In this document: piece after piece, positions 8,393 to 18,639 of the stretch | Layout of the letters: every line of letters starts with the position of its first letter | Numbering within the stretch: position 1 is the stretch's first letter | From: Escherichia virus TH22 | Strand: one strand, 5' to 3' | DNA length: 64,000 nucleotides | Sequence record: MT446396.1 | The notes under the pieces: generated by a model | The model's database searches: none | What the model was told of the DNA's origin: nothing | Seen by the model: the letters and a program-made list of their open reading frames with translations, nothing else | Position numbers and translations under genes: made by a program

Positions 8393-10138
8393 TTAGTTAA
8401 TTCTCGTAGCCTGTCTCATGCCAGGGGCAGGGGTTGAACTTTGGGGAGGCATATTGTATTGCGTCCTGGAAGTCTTCTGAATATTATTGACTGTGTTAAT
8501 TTGGGCCTGAGCCGGTGCATCCTTGTATTTATTTTCTTTGGCCTTCATGCCTTCATCGACCTTCGCAGCTTGTTGTGCATCTGGAGAAGTCTTAATGTCT
8601 GGCGGTTTAACCTTCGGTTCATCTTTGAACTTCTCAAGAGACTTATCAAGTTTTTCCAGGAGAGCACGCATATTCAAGTCTTTCGGAGCTCCACCTTTCG
8701 CCATAGCAGGGTCAGCTAATTGTTTTTCAATGTTAGCTCTCATTTCCAGCGCATTCTTTTTATCGGTCGCATCTGGCTTCATTAGGTTGTCAGCAGTTTG
8801 GGTCAAACGAATAATATCAGCCTGTGCTTTGTCACGCTTCTTGAAATAGTCCAGACGTTCTTCTTCTGGAAGGTCTCTGAAGCTTGTATCAATACCACCC
8901 GCGCGAAGCTGGTCAGCTTGTTCCTTGGTAAGGTTACCATATTTTTCGGCTTGATTAATTAGTTCAGGTTTATCCTTATACTTCTTATTCATCTTCTCTG
9001 CAGCTTCCATTGCTTCGGCCGAACGTTTGTCATGATATTTTGCTATCTTGGTTTGGTCTTCATCATCCAGAGTTGCCCCTGTATTTTGCTGATAAGACAT
9101 CAAAGCCGAGGCCTCCACATTATCTGCTAAATCACCCATCCCAGGGATTTTGCTTAAGATAGCTGAAATCAGTTTCGAAATCCCAAGCATAAGAAGTTGA
9201 GCCATGTTCTTCGTTAAGTTAACCATCCCACGGATAATAGCTTCAGCTAATCCCAACCAGTTCCTTTCACTAAACATCGCTTCAGCATTCTTAGCCCAAG
9301 TCATTAGTCCTTCGAGTAACGGTCCCCATTCTTTGAACTTGTCATTAAATTCGGCCCATCCTTTTTCGAATTGCTTCATGAAATATTGAAAATAAACTCG
9401 TATCGCATCGATACCAAATACCAACAGCAATAATCCACCAATAAGCTTGGCTGCTTCAGCAGCGGCCGTAATTGTGTATTTGAACAGCATCCCGGAGATT
9501 CGGTCAGCAACAGAAATCGATGCCTTAAATCCTTTTTCGGTTATCTTCGAAAGGGTGTCAAGCTTATCGCCAAGTGACCAGGTATTAGTCTCTTTGCCTT
9601 CTGCATCGTTTTTTGGTTGTTCTGGTTCTGGAATGAAGTCTGCGTCTGGCTTTTGTTCTTCTGGCGGTATGAGCTCTGGAACGCTCGCCGTGGGCTTATT
9701 CTCTTCAGGCTCTGGTAATGCATCCTCCACAGGTTTAAGGCTTTCAGAACCAGCCACAGGAGACGTGACGCCTAGTTTACCGCTTATCATTGCACTGAGT
9801 TTGTCGAGTTTATCCGAGAGAATATCCGTGAGGTTTTTAATCCCTTGTTGAGTCTTCTCGGTGGCTTCGGCCGTCAGTTCGACCCCAGCACTGATATCCT
9901 GGAGGACTCCATTATTGGTTTGGATATTCTCGATAATCTGATTACCCTTATCCTCAATAGCTTCCGACACAAGTTCGGTTGCAGCTTGTGTATTTGTAAG
10001 AGTTGTATTCAGATTCGATAGTTCATCATTCTGTTCGGCAGAGAGGGCTTCCGCCCTCCTTTGTGGTGCTAATTCTTCAATAAGCTTTTTATTCGGTCCA
10101 CTGCGTCTGAAGCTCGTTTGTTCGGAGTTCTTATTCAT
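8393..10138 (-). CDS. 29: baseplate hub subunit / tail-length tape measure
   Basis: 581 aa (T4 gp29 about 590 aa); synteny. Confidence 0.8.
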   Translation of the reverse strand: MNKNSEQTSFRRSGPNKKLIEELAPQRRAEALSAEQNDELSNLNTTLTNTQAATELVSEAIEDKGNQIIENIQTNNGVLQDISAGVELTAEATEKTQQGIKNLTDILSDKLDKLSAMISGKLGVTSPVAGSESLKPVEDALPEPEENKPTASVPELIPPEEQKPDADFIPEPEQPKNDAEGKETNTWSLGDKLDTLSKITEKGFKASISVADRISGMLFKYTITAAAEAAKLIGGLLLLVFGIDAIRVYFQYFMKQFEKGWAEFNDKFKEWGPLLEGLMTWAKNAEAMFSERNWLGLAEAIIRGMVNLTKNMAQLLMLGISKLISAILSKIPGMGDLADNVEASALMSYQQNTGATLDDEDQTKIAKYHDKRSAEAMEAAEKMNKKYKDKPELINQAEKYGNLTKEQADQLRAGGIDTSFRDLPEEERLDYFKKRDKAQADIIRLTQTADNLMKPDATDKKNALEMRANIEKQLADPAMAKGGAPKDLNMRALLEKLDKSLEKFKDEPKVKPPDIKTSPDAQQAAKVDEGMKAKENKYKDAPAQAQINTVNNIQKTSRTQYNMPPQSSTPAPGMRQATRIN

Positions 10139-10649
10139 TTAGGAGTTCCATTATTTTCAGTAACCCCTTAACAGGACCATTCGGTCCCGGGATTGCTAAT
10201 GTGCTTGTGATATCGTCTGCCCACTTAGCAACAAAAGCAGGCATATCCAGAAAGTCTGGAACGTCTTCCCCGAGATAAAGAGTCTCCAGAAGATTGTCAA
10301 CTGGTCCGAATTCTTCATACGGTTTATTAGAGCGGAATTTAAATGTTTTTCCTTGATAAGAGAATTCAAGGCGCTGACAGATATAAACATCATCCAGCTT
10401 ATATGTAAACCCATCAATCTCACGTTTGTCTTTTAGCTTACCATTAAATTCCAGAAGATGTAAAGATACAAAGTCGGATTCAGCTGCTGTAAGATTAGGG
10501 AATATCGATTGCATAATCTTTCTTAATGCAGCGTATGGGTTAGGTTCGTTTTTAATCAGATTGTGATGTTTAAGACCCAGCTTAGGAATGTGAATCTCTT
10601 TATCACCCAGCTGTATTTTCTTCGTCGGCAGAATCAGTTTTAAGTTCAT
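10131..10649 (-). CDS. 28: baseplate distal hub subunit
   Basis: 173 aa from internal ATG with AAAGG Shine-Dalgarno (T4 gp28 about 177 aa); the ORF-track start at 10691 would overlap gene 27 by 89 nt. Confidence 0.65.
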   Translation of the reverse strand: MNLKLILPTKKIQLGDKEIHIPKLGLKHHNLIKNEPNPYAALRKIMQSIFPNLTAAESDFVSLHLLEFNGKLKDKREIDGFTYKLDDVYICQRLEFSYQGKTFKFRSNKPYEEFGPVDNLLETLYLGEDVPDFLDMPAFVAKWADDITSTLAIPGPNGPVKGLLKIMELLNE

Positions 10650-11772
10650 TTTTAACCTTTGGTGGCTCTTCAACTTCAATAGGCTTACCATTGGTAAACA
10701 TATAGAGGTTTGTAATTGATGTATTGTTACTCACTTCATGAATAACTTCGTCTACGTAAAAATCATATTTGAATTGGTTCTTCGGGTCATAGAAATTTAT
10801 CTTATCACCCGGGGTTAATTCAAAGTTCCCGTATGTTTTGCAATGCGCGTAACCATCATATTGAGACATGGTTATTAATCGTTGCGCTTCTTCGAAACCG
10901 TTTCGGTATGTATAATCCGAATAGCCGCCTGAACGAGATACCAGAATGCTGTTTTGTCCTTCCCCAAAAGTTATTCTGGTTGCGTTCTTGTCAAGGAATG
11001 AATGTGCATACACGGTTGCGTTTTCGTATGGTTTTCTTGTGTGTTGGTTCGCCTTTGTTAACCATTCAAAATCGAAGGCCAATGGAGTCTCGAGGTTTTG
11101 TACAAACTGGCCAACCAATCGAGGTTCACCCACCACGAAATTAATTGGCTCTTGTGATGTTAACCATTCATAATCCTGGATACTTATTCCATCAATATCT
11201 TCCCATACAAAAACAAATTTATCAGTTTCTACTGCCAAACCAACTTCCCTTATGAATTCCATATATCGGTTCATCGAATCACACCATGGAACGTTAGGAG
11301 CATAAACGTTTATGCCGTTTATTGGTGGAGAAAGCAACGGTCTATCCTGATAAATTACCCCGGTCATTTCGACTAATGTTTCTTGTACACTCGGGTAAAA
11401 CATACGACTAAATTTCAGGTCTTCAATTTCGTGAATAGGAGCCAGCTGAATTGTAATTATATTATCGCCTTTTGAATCCACAGAAACTGCAAAGTGTTTG
11501 CTTCCATATATTCTGGATTGGGTTCGGTCTGAGTTGGCATTCTTAACGGAGACTTGTATAATTTGTTCACCGTTCATTTTTGTATGTAAGTTCTTTGTGT
11601 CGTAGAATTGCAATAGACCTTCGTTTCTTCCGTAAAGGGAATCACGCATGGTCATGGTTGTAAATGTTGCAGCCAGTTCTACAAAACGGTGTTCGAGCCA
11701 GGCATCATAATCTTCGTAAAGGCGTATGCTGATATTAGGAAAGCCTTCACGCTGCATAGATTTAGCTGTCAT
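10603..11772 (-). CDS. 27: baseplate hub subunit
   Basis: 389 aa (T4 gp27 391 aa); [27 protein letters not shown] matches the T4 gp27 N-terminus as recalled. Confidence 0.85.
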   Translation of the reverse strand: MTAKSMQREGFPNISIRLYEDYDAWLEHRFVELAATFTTMTMRDSLYGRNEGLLQFYDTKNLHTKMNGEQIIQVSVKNANSDRTQSRIYGSKHFAVSVDSKGDNIITIQLAPIHEIEDLKFSRMFYPSVQETLVEMTGVIYQDRPLLSPPINGINVYAPNVPWCDSMNRYMEFIREVGLAVETDKFVFVWEDIDGISIQDYEWLTSQEPINFVVGEPRLVGQFVQNLETPLAFDFEWLTKANQHTRKPYENATVYAHSFLDKNATRITFGEGQNSILVSRSGGYSDYTYRNGFEEAQRLITMSQYDGYAHCKTYGNFELTPGDKINFYDPKNQFKYDFYVDEVIHEVSNNTSITNLYMFTNGKPIEVEEPPKVKNELKTDSADEENTAG

Positions 11773-12521
11773 TTCTTCAAGTCCTTCTCAACTAACGATA
11801 AAGCAATACCTCGTTCGATAGGAATCATGTGCATGATGCTATCCAGTGTATATTGATTCTTTACCAGTAAGTGGTTAATTTGATAAAATACAAAGACTTC
11901 ATCCGGGTTAAGGATAAGCTTAAAGACATCAATCAAGTCTGTATATTCGGTTTTGTGTTTTTCGCAGCAACCATATGTAAATGGAATATAAACTGAATGC
12001 ATTTTCTTAAGGAGCTCTTCGAGACTCTCTATATCAATTGCATCAATAACCTGCATCTTCGTTTCTTCAGGAAGGTCTTCCCAATTGTATTTTTGTTCTG
12101 AGTCTTCGACAGTCTGGATGGTGTTTAGAACAAGCTCTGACTTATCTTTATATTCTACTTCAGGGAACTTAAATTGTATTTTTATCCCCGCGGTTTCCAT
12201 TGTTGGATTTGTCAATGGACCTTGGCTCATATTAAACAAAGTCTGCTTTGTCTTTTTACATTTTTGACATTCGAACGCTACCGGGACTTTTGTCTTACCG
12301 ATAGAGGAAGTGAATACCTTCAAGAATATGTATGGTCTCCATGCTTTCGGATACTCTCCAAAATAATCTTCCAACAGTTCGTCTAATAATTGTTTTTGTT
12401 CTTCGACGGGTTTGTTGTTCATGTCGTTTCGCACAAGCAGTAAATCACGGTAATCAGCGACTGTAAACGGTTTGAAACGATGAACTCCGTCTGGCATTTC
12501 ACATCTTACGATATTGGCCAT
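11769..12521 (-). CDS. 51: baseplate hub assembly catalyst
   Basis: 250 aa (T4 gp51 249 aa); synteny; ATGA overlap with gene 27. Confidence 0.8.
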   Translation of the reverse strand: MANIVRCEMPDGVHRFKPFTVADYRDLLLVRNDMNNKPVEEQKQLLDELLEDYFGEYPKAWRPYIFLKVFTSSIGKTKVPVAFECQKCKKTKQTLFNMSQGPLTNPTMETAGIKIQFKFPEVEYKDKSELVLNTIQTVEDSEQKYNWEDLPEETKMQVIDAIDIESLEELLKKMHSVYIPFTYGCCEKHKTEYTDLIDVFKLILNPDEVFVFYQINHLLVKNQYTLDSIMHMIPIERGIALSLVEKDLKK

Positions 12522-12545
12522 AGAATCCCCTTTTATCTTTATTGA

Positions 12546-12557
12546 TATTTATAAATA
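12546..12557. promoter_or_regulatory. palindromic divergent late promoters TATTTATAAATA (gene 51 on -, gene 26 on +)
   Basis: TATAAATA readable on both strands, overlapping by 4 nt, between divergent late genes. Confidence 0.6.
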
Positions 12558-12574
12558 CAGTAAAGGAGCAAATT

Positions 12575-13198
12575 ATGACTTATGAATTTATTGTCCAAAT
12601 TAAAAATAAAACTATAAATTGTAGGGCTTTTACATTGCGCGAATACAAAGATTTGCTTCAGGCAAAATTAGAAAAGCGTATGGAACCTGCAATAATTGAA
12701 CTGCTTAATAAATGCACTGATGCTAAAGGGTTAAACAAACAGGAAGCCGAGCTGCTTCTTATTAATCTCTGGGCAAATAGTCTCGGAGCTGTTAACGTCG
12801 AGCATACGTGGGTATGTGAGTGTGGAAAGGAACAAGATATTCCTGTGACTATAAGTCGTGCAAGCATCGTGGATGAGTCTGAAGTTATTCGTGATTTCGG
12901 GGCATTTAAAATTAAATTCCGTTATCCTGGGTTGTTTGAAGACGGCGATAAAGGTAAAATGATTGCTTGTTGTATCGAATATATTATCACGGAAGGTGGC
13001 GAGCGCATCGTTGTTGATGACTTAAATGAAGCCGAAATCGAGGACCTATACAACGCAATTACCCTCGATGATATAAATGCACTAACCGAAGAACTTCTCA
13101 AGCCACAGGTCCAAATGGCTATTCCTATCTCTTGCGAGTGCGGAGCGCATTCTGTCCATGTAATTAAGGGGCTTAAAGAATTCTTTAAGTTTATGTAA
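12575..13198 (+). CDS. 26: baseplate hub subunit
   Basis: 207 aa (T4 gp26 208 aa); ATG with AAGGAG Shine-Dalgarno; the ORF-track TTG at 12542 overlaps the promoter and was rejected. Confidence 0.8.
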   Translation: MTYEFIVQIKNKTINCRAFTLREYKDLLQAKLEKRMEPAIIELLNKCTDAKGLNKQEAELLLINLWANSLGAVNVEHTWVCECGKEQDIPVTISRASIVDESEVIRDFGAFKIKFRYPGLFEDGDKGKMIACCIEYIITEGGERIVVDDLNEAEIEDLYNAITLDDINALTEELLKPQVQMAIPISCECGAHSVHVIKGLKEFFKFM

Positions 13199-13588
13199 AT
13201 GAATATAAACAAAATGTATAGCGATGTATCTCCCGACTTATCTACAAGTTGGGATAAAGACGTTGCTAAAGTAACTGGTGCAAGGTCTGTTAAGAACAGT
13301 CTTCTGGGAATAATCACCACAAGAAAAGGGTCACGGCCTTTTATGCCTGAATTTGGATGTGATATAAGTAATCAGCTTTTTGAGAATATCACACCGTTAA
13401 TTACAGATACCATTAAACGCAACATCGTCTCCGCGGTGCGGAACTTCGAACCAAGAATAAGCAATCTACAGGTTGCAGTTGTCCCTATGTATGATGATAA
13501 CTCCATTATCGTAACGGTTCAGTTCAGCATTGTTGATGACCCTGATACCCTCGAACAAATTAGGATTCAGTTAAGTCAAAACGGTTAA
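13199..13588 (+). CDS. 25: baseplate wedge subunit (lysozyme-like fold)
   Basis: 129 aa (T4 gp25 132 aa); TAA/ATG junction with gene 26. Confidence 0.85.
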   Translation: MNINKMYSDVSPDLSTSWDKDVAKVTGARSVKNSLLGIITTRKGSRPFMPEFGCDISNQLFENITPLITDTIKRNIVSAVRNFEPRISNLQVAVVPMYDDNSIIVTVQFSIVDDPDTLEQIRIQLSQNG

Positions 13589-13613
13589 TGCTTTAATTTT
13601 ATGGCTGTATAAT
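13587..13613 (+). promoter_or_regulatory. MotA-dependent middle promoter (MotA box aaTGCTTtA, 12 nt, TATAAT) for uvsY
   Basis: TGCTT at 13589-13593 and TATAAT at 13608-13613 with canonical spacing; followed by conserved GGTTCTAGACCC. Confidence 0.65.
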
Positions 13614-13641
13614 GGTTCTAGACCCTTACATTGGATACATT

Positions 13642-14076
13642 ATGAAAACAGAGATTGAATATAAGTTAGAAGTCTTTCAGGATGAGTTAGATGCGGATTT
13701 AAAAATTGATGGTACGCAACTTCAATATGAAACACAAAACAACGTTTTGTTGCATAGCAAATGGTTGAGATTGTATACCAACTGCAAGAAAGAAATAATG
13801 CGTCTTGAGATTCAGAAGAAAACTGCACTGAAAAAACGACTAGACCATTATACTGGAAGAGGTGACCCAGGGGAAGAGGTATGCATGGATGTATACGAGA
13901 AGTCGGAATTGAAAACAGTCATGGCAGCAGATTCAAACATACTGAAGATTGATACTTCAATTCAGTATTGGGCACTACTCCAGGACTTCTGTAGCGCTGC
14001 ATTAGATGGTGTTAAGTCGCGAAGTTTCGCACTTAAACATATGTTAGAAATAAGACAATTCGAGGCAGGCAAATAA
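13642..14076 (+). CDS. uvsY: recombination mediator UvsY
   Basis: 144 aa from internal ATG; LQYETQNNVLLHSKWL and C-terminal RSFALKHMLEIRQFEAGK match T4 UvsY as recalled. Confidence 0.85.
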   Translation: MKTEIEYKLEVFQDELDADLKIDGTQLQYETQNNVLLHSKWLRLYTNCKKEIMRLEIQKKTALKKRLDHYTGRGDPGEEVCMDVYEKSELKTVMAADSNILKIDTSIQYWALLQDFCSAALDGVKSRSFALKHMLEIRQFEAGK

Positions 14077-14309
14077 TGCGATATTCTATCGACGATGCGT
14101 TTAACCAAGACGAAGAGTTCGAAGAAGAAATTAAGTATATGATGAAGGAATGGAAATTGAATCGTGCAGATATTCGTATCTGCGCTGACCACCCTTGTGG
14201 TGAAGATGTTATCTATGTTAAAGGTAAATTTGCAGGATACATCGATGATGCGTTCTATTCTCACAATATGGGGATAGATACTGGTATGAGATACTTTAAG
14301 GAAAATTAA
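14076..14309 (+). CDS. conserved small protein downstream of uvsY (uvsY.-1-like)
   Basis: 77 aa; TAATG coupling to uvsY; position as in T4. Confidence 0.5.
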   Translation: MRYSIDDAFNQDEEFEEEIKYMMKEWKLNRADIRICADHPCGEDVIYVKGKFAGYIDDAFYSHNMGIDTGMRYFKEN

Positions 14310-14420
14310 ATGAAAAATATTAGTAAGATTCTCGACGAGATGGTTATCTCTGCAAACCGAATAACTGAAATTGTTAATGAGATGAAAGCTCGTGCTGCTA
14401 TTATGAAGAGCACTAAATAG
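14310..14420 (+). CDS. very small ORF (36 aa), uvsY.-2-like
   Basis: ATG immediately after the upstream stop; below the ORF-track size cutoff; weak. Confidence 0.25.
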   Translation: MKNISKILDEMVISANRITEIVNEMKARAAIMKSTK

Positions 14421-14448
14421 ATATGTAAGTTTAACTGAGGAGACAATC

Positions 14449-14616
14449 ATGTCAGATAAGATTTGTGTTGTCTGTAAAACTCCAATCGATTCTGCATTGG
14501 TTGTGGATACAGACCAAGGTCCGGTGCATCCGGGCGCCTGTTATAATTATGTTCAGAGTTTGCCAGTTACGGAAAATACAGAAGAGCAACTGAACGAGAC
14601 CCAACTTTTAATTTAG
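14449..14616 (+). CDS. small CxxC mini-protein (55 aa), possible zinc ribbon
   Basis: GAGGA Shine-Dalgarno then ATG; sequence contains CVVC and HPGAC. Confidence 0.3.
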   Translation: MSDKICVVCKTPIDSALVVDTDQGPVHPGACYNYVQSLPVTENTEEQLNETQLLI

Positions 14617-14643
14617 CTAGTGTTGTTAACCATTTTTGGTTTT

Positions 14644-14674
14644 GCCCCTTCCTTTTGGTTGGGGCCTTTTTATT
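14644..14674 (+). terminator. rho-independent terminator (GCCCC...GGGGC hairpin + U-run)
   Basis: Hairpin GCCCCTTCC-TTTT-GGTTGGGGC followed by CTTTTTATTT. Confidence 0.65.
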
Positions 14675-14901
14675 TAGAAATCTTCGTCTTCATCATCGTC
14701 CATATCCTCAAGCTCGGCGCGTTTACCGGCAAGAGCATCACGAACACTGATATCATCGGAATCTTTTAGTTCAGCTTCTTTGCTGCGTTTTTTATAATAG
14801 CTTTCCAACTCCTTCAGACCGTCTATGGTCTGGCAGGAACCAATCTTAGCCATAAAGCCTTCAATTGATGCTTCGTACATAATTTCTTCAAAGGATTTCA
14901 T
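14674..14901 (-). CDS. uvsW.1: UvsW.1-like small acidic protein
   Basis: 75 aa ending DMDDDEDEDF; own GGTGGA Shine-Dalgarno; TAATG overlap with uvsW. Confidence 0.7.
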   Translation of the reverse strand: MKSFEEIMYEASIEGFMAKIGSCQTIDGLKELESYYKKRSKEAELKDSDDISVRDALAGKRAELEDMDDDEDEDF

Positions 14902-16400
14902 TATATTTCCACCTGTTTAATTACATAATTGAATTTTTCGTCTGCATACCGTTGAATACGTTCTAGTGCATGTTTAAGCGCAAAGTTAATATGAACATAT
15001 TTCTTTTTAGCGTTTGCTGATTTGGGTTTGACCCCCATATCATCCACAATGTCCCACACGTTTGCGGTCGATTTAGATTCATGTTTTCGAAGCACACGGC
15101 CAATTGTCTGGAGTACAATTACCTTTGATTTGACCGGGTGAGCGAAAATAATATGATGGAGGTTTTTAACGGAAATACCCGTCGAGAATACACCATATGA
15201 AGCTACAACGATAATTCCCTTTCCATTCTCTGCCATGACCTTCAGAGCATTACGGGTTTCGGTATCAACTTCCCCGGAAACATAATACACTTTCTCATGC
15301 CCAGCTTCCTTAAGCATTTCAAACATCGATTTGCCATGCTCGATATTCTTAAACATCAAAAAGACGTTTTCATCTTTTTTAGCAAGCTTGATAGCAAGAT
15401 TTGTTACCCATTTATTTCGGCGCGTAGCTTTTGTAATTACCTTAATTTCATCCTGATAAGTTTTACCTTTCATTTTAACGGTAAATTCATCAGGGTAACG
15501 AAGGAAAATACTATTTATTTTAAGGTCAGTGACCTGACCATCTTCCATCAATTTAGATGTTGATACTGGTTTAAAGATATCACCAAACAGACCCATATAT
15601 TGCATAAGGTTGGCTTTGCCGTCACGGAGTGAACCGGACAAACCAAATTTAAACATACAATTCGTAAGGCCTTCGATAACCGTCGAAATTGATTTACCTG
15701 TAGCCATATGACATTCGTCATTCATAAACTGACCAAACTGTTCAAACCATTCTTTAGGTTGTTTTACAGCCGTCTGATAAGTCGATACATAAATCATCGC
15801 ATCAGAATCGCGTTTGGTACCAGAACGAATACCCAGACAAGCTTCACGAGGGAACAGACGATAATCAACAAAGTCATTAATCATCTGGTCAACAAGCGCG
15901 GTTGTAGGAACAAGGATAAGTACCTTGCCTTCATAGTTCTCGAGATAATATCGCGCCAGAAGCGCCTGGATGAGACTTTTACCTGCAGACGTAGGTAAGT
16001 TCAGAATCTTTCTTCTGTTGACCAGACCATCATATACGGCGTCAGATTGATACCAATGGGGCGTTATCTTAGTATTGCCTGAATAGATTTCTTTTGACTC
16101 AACCCATTTGTCGAATTCTTCGCGAGAGATTTCTTCTTTCTCGGTGATTTGTGGGTCAATCCAGAATGAATAGCCAAACTGGTCAGCGAACTTTTTAATT
16201 TGATTAACCAAACCGTATGGTAATTTACGATTGTAATCCAGGAGGCGGATTCGTCCGTCCCAAACTCCCTGCTTGAATTTTGGATTGAAGCGATAGTTTT
16301 CAGCTTCGAAGCTGAAGTAATCACGGAGTTCGTAGAAGATTCCATCTTCACATTCAACATGCACGTGACTAAAATTTAGAAAGTTGATTTTAATATCCAT
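14901..16400 (-). CDS. uvsW: UvsW RNA-DNA / DNA helicase (SF2)
   Basis: 499 aa from MDIKINFLNFSHVHVECEDGIFYELRDYF, matching the T4 UvsW N-terminus as recalled; helicase motifs present; the ORF-track start at 16439 overlaps the late promoter. Confidence 0.9.
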   Translation of the reverse strand: MDIKINFLNFSHVHVECEDGIFYELRDYFSFEAENYRFNPKFKQGVWDGRIRLLDYNRKLPYGLVNQIKKFADQFGYSFWIDPQITEKEEISREEFDKWVESKEIYSGNTKITPHWYQSDAVYDGLVNRRKILNLPTSAGKSLIQALLARYYLENYEGKVLILVPTTALVDQMINDFVDYRLFPREACLGIRSGTKRDSDAMIYVSTYQTAVKQPKEWFEQFGQFMNDECHMATGKSISTVIEGLTNCMFKFGLSGSLRDGKANLMQYMGLFGDIFKPVSTSKLMEDGQVTDLKINSIFLRYPDEFTVKMKGKTYQDEIKVITKATRRNKWVTNLAIKLAKKDENVFLMFKNIEHGKSMFEMLKEAGHEKVYYVSGEVDTETRNALKVMAENGKGIIVVASYGVFSTGISVKNLHHIIFAHPVKSKVIVLQTIGRVLRKHESKSTANVWDIVDDMGVKPKSANAKKKYVHINFALKHALERIQRYADEKFNYVIKQVEI

Positions 16401-16428
16401 GATGATTCCAAGGTAATAAATATATCTA

Positions 16429-16436
16429 TATTTATA
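16429..16436 (-). promoter_or_regulatory. late promoter TATAAATA (minus strand) for uvsW
   Basis: Plus-strand TATTTATA is TATAAATA on the minus strand, about 30 nt upstream of the uvsW ATG. Confidence 0.6.
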
Positions 16437-16454
16437 CACTAACCGAGGTTCATC

Positions 16455-17123
16455 ATGATTGACAAGAACTACATTGAGGAAATTCGTGTCCTCGAGAAAA
16501 AAGAAGCTAAAGAAAAATTAGCCGAATACGCAGCATCACTTGGCGTTGATGTTAAGAAAACAAAAACCTTTGATAATATGTTGGCTGACCTGGAAGCAGG
16601 ACTTAAAGCATTTGCTGACATGCCTATGCCTGATGATAATGAAGGTCTGAGCATCACTGACCTTATCGATGCCGACGATGAATTATCTGGTGCTAAATTC
16701 GAAGGCGATGAGTCTGCTAAAGAAGAAGCCAAACTATTATTTGATGCTCCGACCGAAGCAAAGGTTGAAGTTGTAGAAATTGAAAAACCTGCAACAGTTT
16801 TGGTTGAAGAAGATGTTCCTTTTATCGAAGAAAAGTTCGAAGCAGCTGTTGCTAAGGTTATCGAATCTGAAAAACCTGTATTTGCTCTACCAAAAAACTT
16901 TAGTCCAAATCTTATGCTTATTGGCAAGAACCCTGGATTCTGTACTGTTCCATGGTGGATTTATCAGTGGATTTCTGAGACTCCGGATTGGAAAGAACGT
17001 CCAACTGCTTTCCCACATCCCACCGCACATCAAACCCTATTCAGTTTGATTTATTACATCAATCGTAATGGGTCTGTTCTAGTACGAGAAACTCGTAACT
17101 CATCTTTTGTCACTTTAAAATAA
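16455..17123 (+). CDS. inh: Inh-like inhibitor of prohead protease
   Basis: 222 aa (T4 Inh about 226 aa); position next to hoc as in T4; acidic A/E-rich N-terminal half. Confidence 0.65.
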   Translation: MIDKNYIEEIRVLEKKEAKEKLAEYAASLGVDVKKTKTFDNMLADLEAGLKAFADMPMPDDNEGLSITDLIDADDELSGAKFEGDESAKEEAKLLFDAPTEAKVEVVEIEKPATVLVEEDVPFIEEKFEAAVAKVIESEKPVFALPKNFSPNLMLIGKNPGFCTVPWWIYQWISETPDWKERPTAFPHPTAHQTLFSLIYYINRNGSVLVRETRNSSFVTLK

Positions 17124-17132
17124 GGGTTTATT

Positions 17133-18266
17133 ATGGCTTATACCGTAGCTATTGCTCCTTTGGCGGCTACGGCCGTTATTGGAGCAACAACCAATTTCAC
17201 TGCAACCGGCTCTGGTGCTGCAGCTGAAGGTGTTGAATCATTTGTATGGACCGTTGATGGCGTTCCTCAATCTTCTGTGACTGCAGCAATGGCTTATGTC
17301 GCTGTTGGCCCAGCAGGCAGTAAGACTATTAAAGTTGTTGCAACAACTACACCAGCGGACGGCGAACCGGAAACTGCTGAGGCTGAGACGACTTTAACTA
17401 TCCAGAATAAAACAATGCCGGCAATCACGCTGACTTTAGACCCAGCCTCTGTTACTAAAGAAATAGGACAATCTCAAGTTGTTACTGCTAACGTGACAGG
17501 CGCTCCTTCTGGTGCAACAATCGCTTACGTTTGGAAACGTAACACTAGCGTAATCGCAGGTCAAACTGGTAAAACTATTACCGTCACCGAATCAGCAGAA
17601 GCAAATTATACATTGAACTGTGAAGTTACTGTTTCTGCACCCGATTATAATAATGGCACCGCATCTAAAGGAGCTGCGGTAACTTTTGTTAAGAAAACTA
17701 TGTCGGGTGTTTCTGTTACTTTAGCACCGACCTCTATTAATGTTCCTGAAGGAACTCCGGCTTCTTTTAAAGCTACTGTAGCCGGTGCGCCTGCTGGTGC
17801 TACTTTTGCCTATTCTTGGAAGAAAGATGGTTCACCAGTCGCTGGTACCACGGATACTTTAGCAATCGATACAAGCGCCGAAGGTTCCCAGTTAATTGAA
17901 GTTTCTGTTGTTGTATCTGCTACAGATTATAACCCTGTAACCGTTACCAAAACTGGTAATGTAACAGTCACGGCTAAAGTCGCACCAGTTCCAGATGGCG
18001 AATTACCATATATTCACCCATTGCCAGTACGTAATTCAGCTTATATCTGGTGTGGTTGGTGGGTTATGGATGAAATTCAGAAAATGACTCTTGCCGGACA
18101 AGACTGGAAAACTGATGACCCAGATAGCCCGTATTATTTGCACCGATACACACTTCAAAAAATGATTACCGACTATCCAGAGGTTGATGTACAAGAATCT
18201 CGTAATGGTCGAGTTATTCATCGCACCGCTTTAGAAACTGGTATTATATACGATTACGTTTATTAA
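17133..18266 (+). CDS. hoc: Hoc, highly immunogenic outer capsid protein (Ig-like domains)
   Basis: 377 aa (T4 Hoc 376 aa); repeated Ig-like segments and conserved C-terminal capsid-binding region. Confidence 0.85.
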   Translation: MAYTVAIAPLAATAVIGATTNFTATGSGAAAEGVESFVWTVDGVPQSSVTAAMAYVAVGPAGSKTIKVVATTTPADGEPETAEAETTLTIQNKTMPAITLTLDPASVTKEIGQSQVVTANVTGAPSGATIAYVWKRNTSVIAGQTGKTITVTESAEANYTLNCEVTVSAPDYNNGTASKGAAVTFVKKTMSGVSVTLAPTSINVPEGTPASFKATVAGAPAGATFAYSWKKDGSPVAGTTDTLAIDTSAEGSQLIEVSVVVSATDYNPVTVTKTGNVTVTAKVAPVPDGELPYIHPLPVRNSAYIWCGWWVMDEIQKMTLAGQDWKTDDPDSPYYLHRYTLQKMITDYPEVDVQESRNGRVIHRTALETGIIYDYVY

Positions 18267-18273
18267 TTAAAAA

Positions 18274-18299
18274 GGGACCTTCGGGTCCCTTTATTTTTA
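18274..18299 (+). terminator. rho-independent terminator GGGACC-UUCG-GGUCCC + U-run after hoc
   Basis: Hairpin plus TTTATTTTTAT read directly. Confidence 0.8.
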
Positions 18300-18388
18300 T
18301 GGTACTGAGCAAACGTTGCCTGGCCCCCTTTCTCTAGTGAGTCCTTGTGGTCATACCATAACAATTGTTCATCTGGCATAAAAATCAT

Positions 18389-18418
18389 GTTTACAAGTTA
18401 AAAATTCCATGTTAAGAT
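18389..18418 (+). promoter_or_regulatory. early promoter (GTTTAC-18 nt-TAAGAT)
   Basis: -35 and -10 hexamers with 18-nt spacer upstream of ORF 18436. Confidence 0.5.
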
Positions 18419-18435
18419 AGCTTCACTAACTCAAC

Positions 18436-18639
18436 ATGAGAATCATTATGGATAAGGTTAAAGTACATTTTCTGCATGAATCTGGCATGACATTTATTGA
18501 AATCGCCAAGGTATTAGGCGGGACTGCTAAAGAGATGGCAAAGGCCTGGGTTGATGTAGAACAAGCCAAAGCTAAATTTAAAGCGAAAGAAAAGATTGTT
18601 TATCGTAAACGTTTGAATAACAAAAAGGTGAAGAAATGA
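18436..18639 (+). CDS. hypothetical small basic protein (67 aa)
   Basis: ORF after an early promoter; lysine-rich C-terminus. Confidence 0.4.
   Translation: MRIIMDKVKVHFLHESGMTFIEIAKVLGGTAKEMAKAWVDVEQAKAKFKAKEKIVYRKRLNNKKVKK

Noticed and set aside
16400-16439. Longer upstream starts offered by the ORF track for uvsW (16439), gene 7 (46938), gene 26 (12542), gene 19 (28992), wac (37832), gene 28 (10691) and ORF 5890
   Set aside because: The extensions begin at non-ATG codons or run through promoters and upstream genes; internal ATGs preceded by Shine-Dalgarno sequences and matching recalled T4 N-termini were preferred.
17133-18266. Internal tandem repetition in hoc that could be read as a DNA repeat element
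   Set aside because: The repetition is at protein-domain level (Ig-like domains) with diverged nucleotide sequence; consistent with Hoc.
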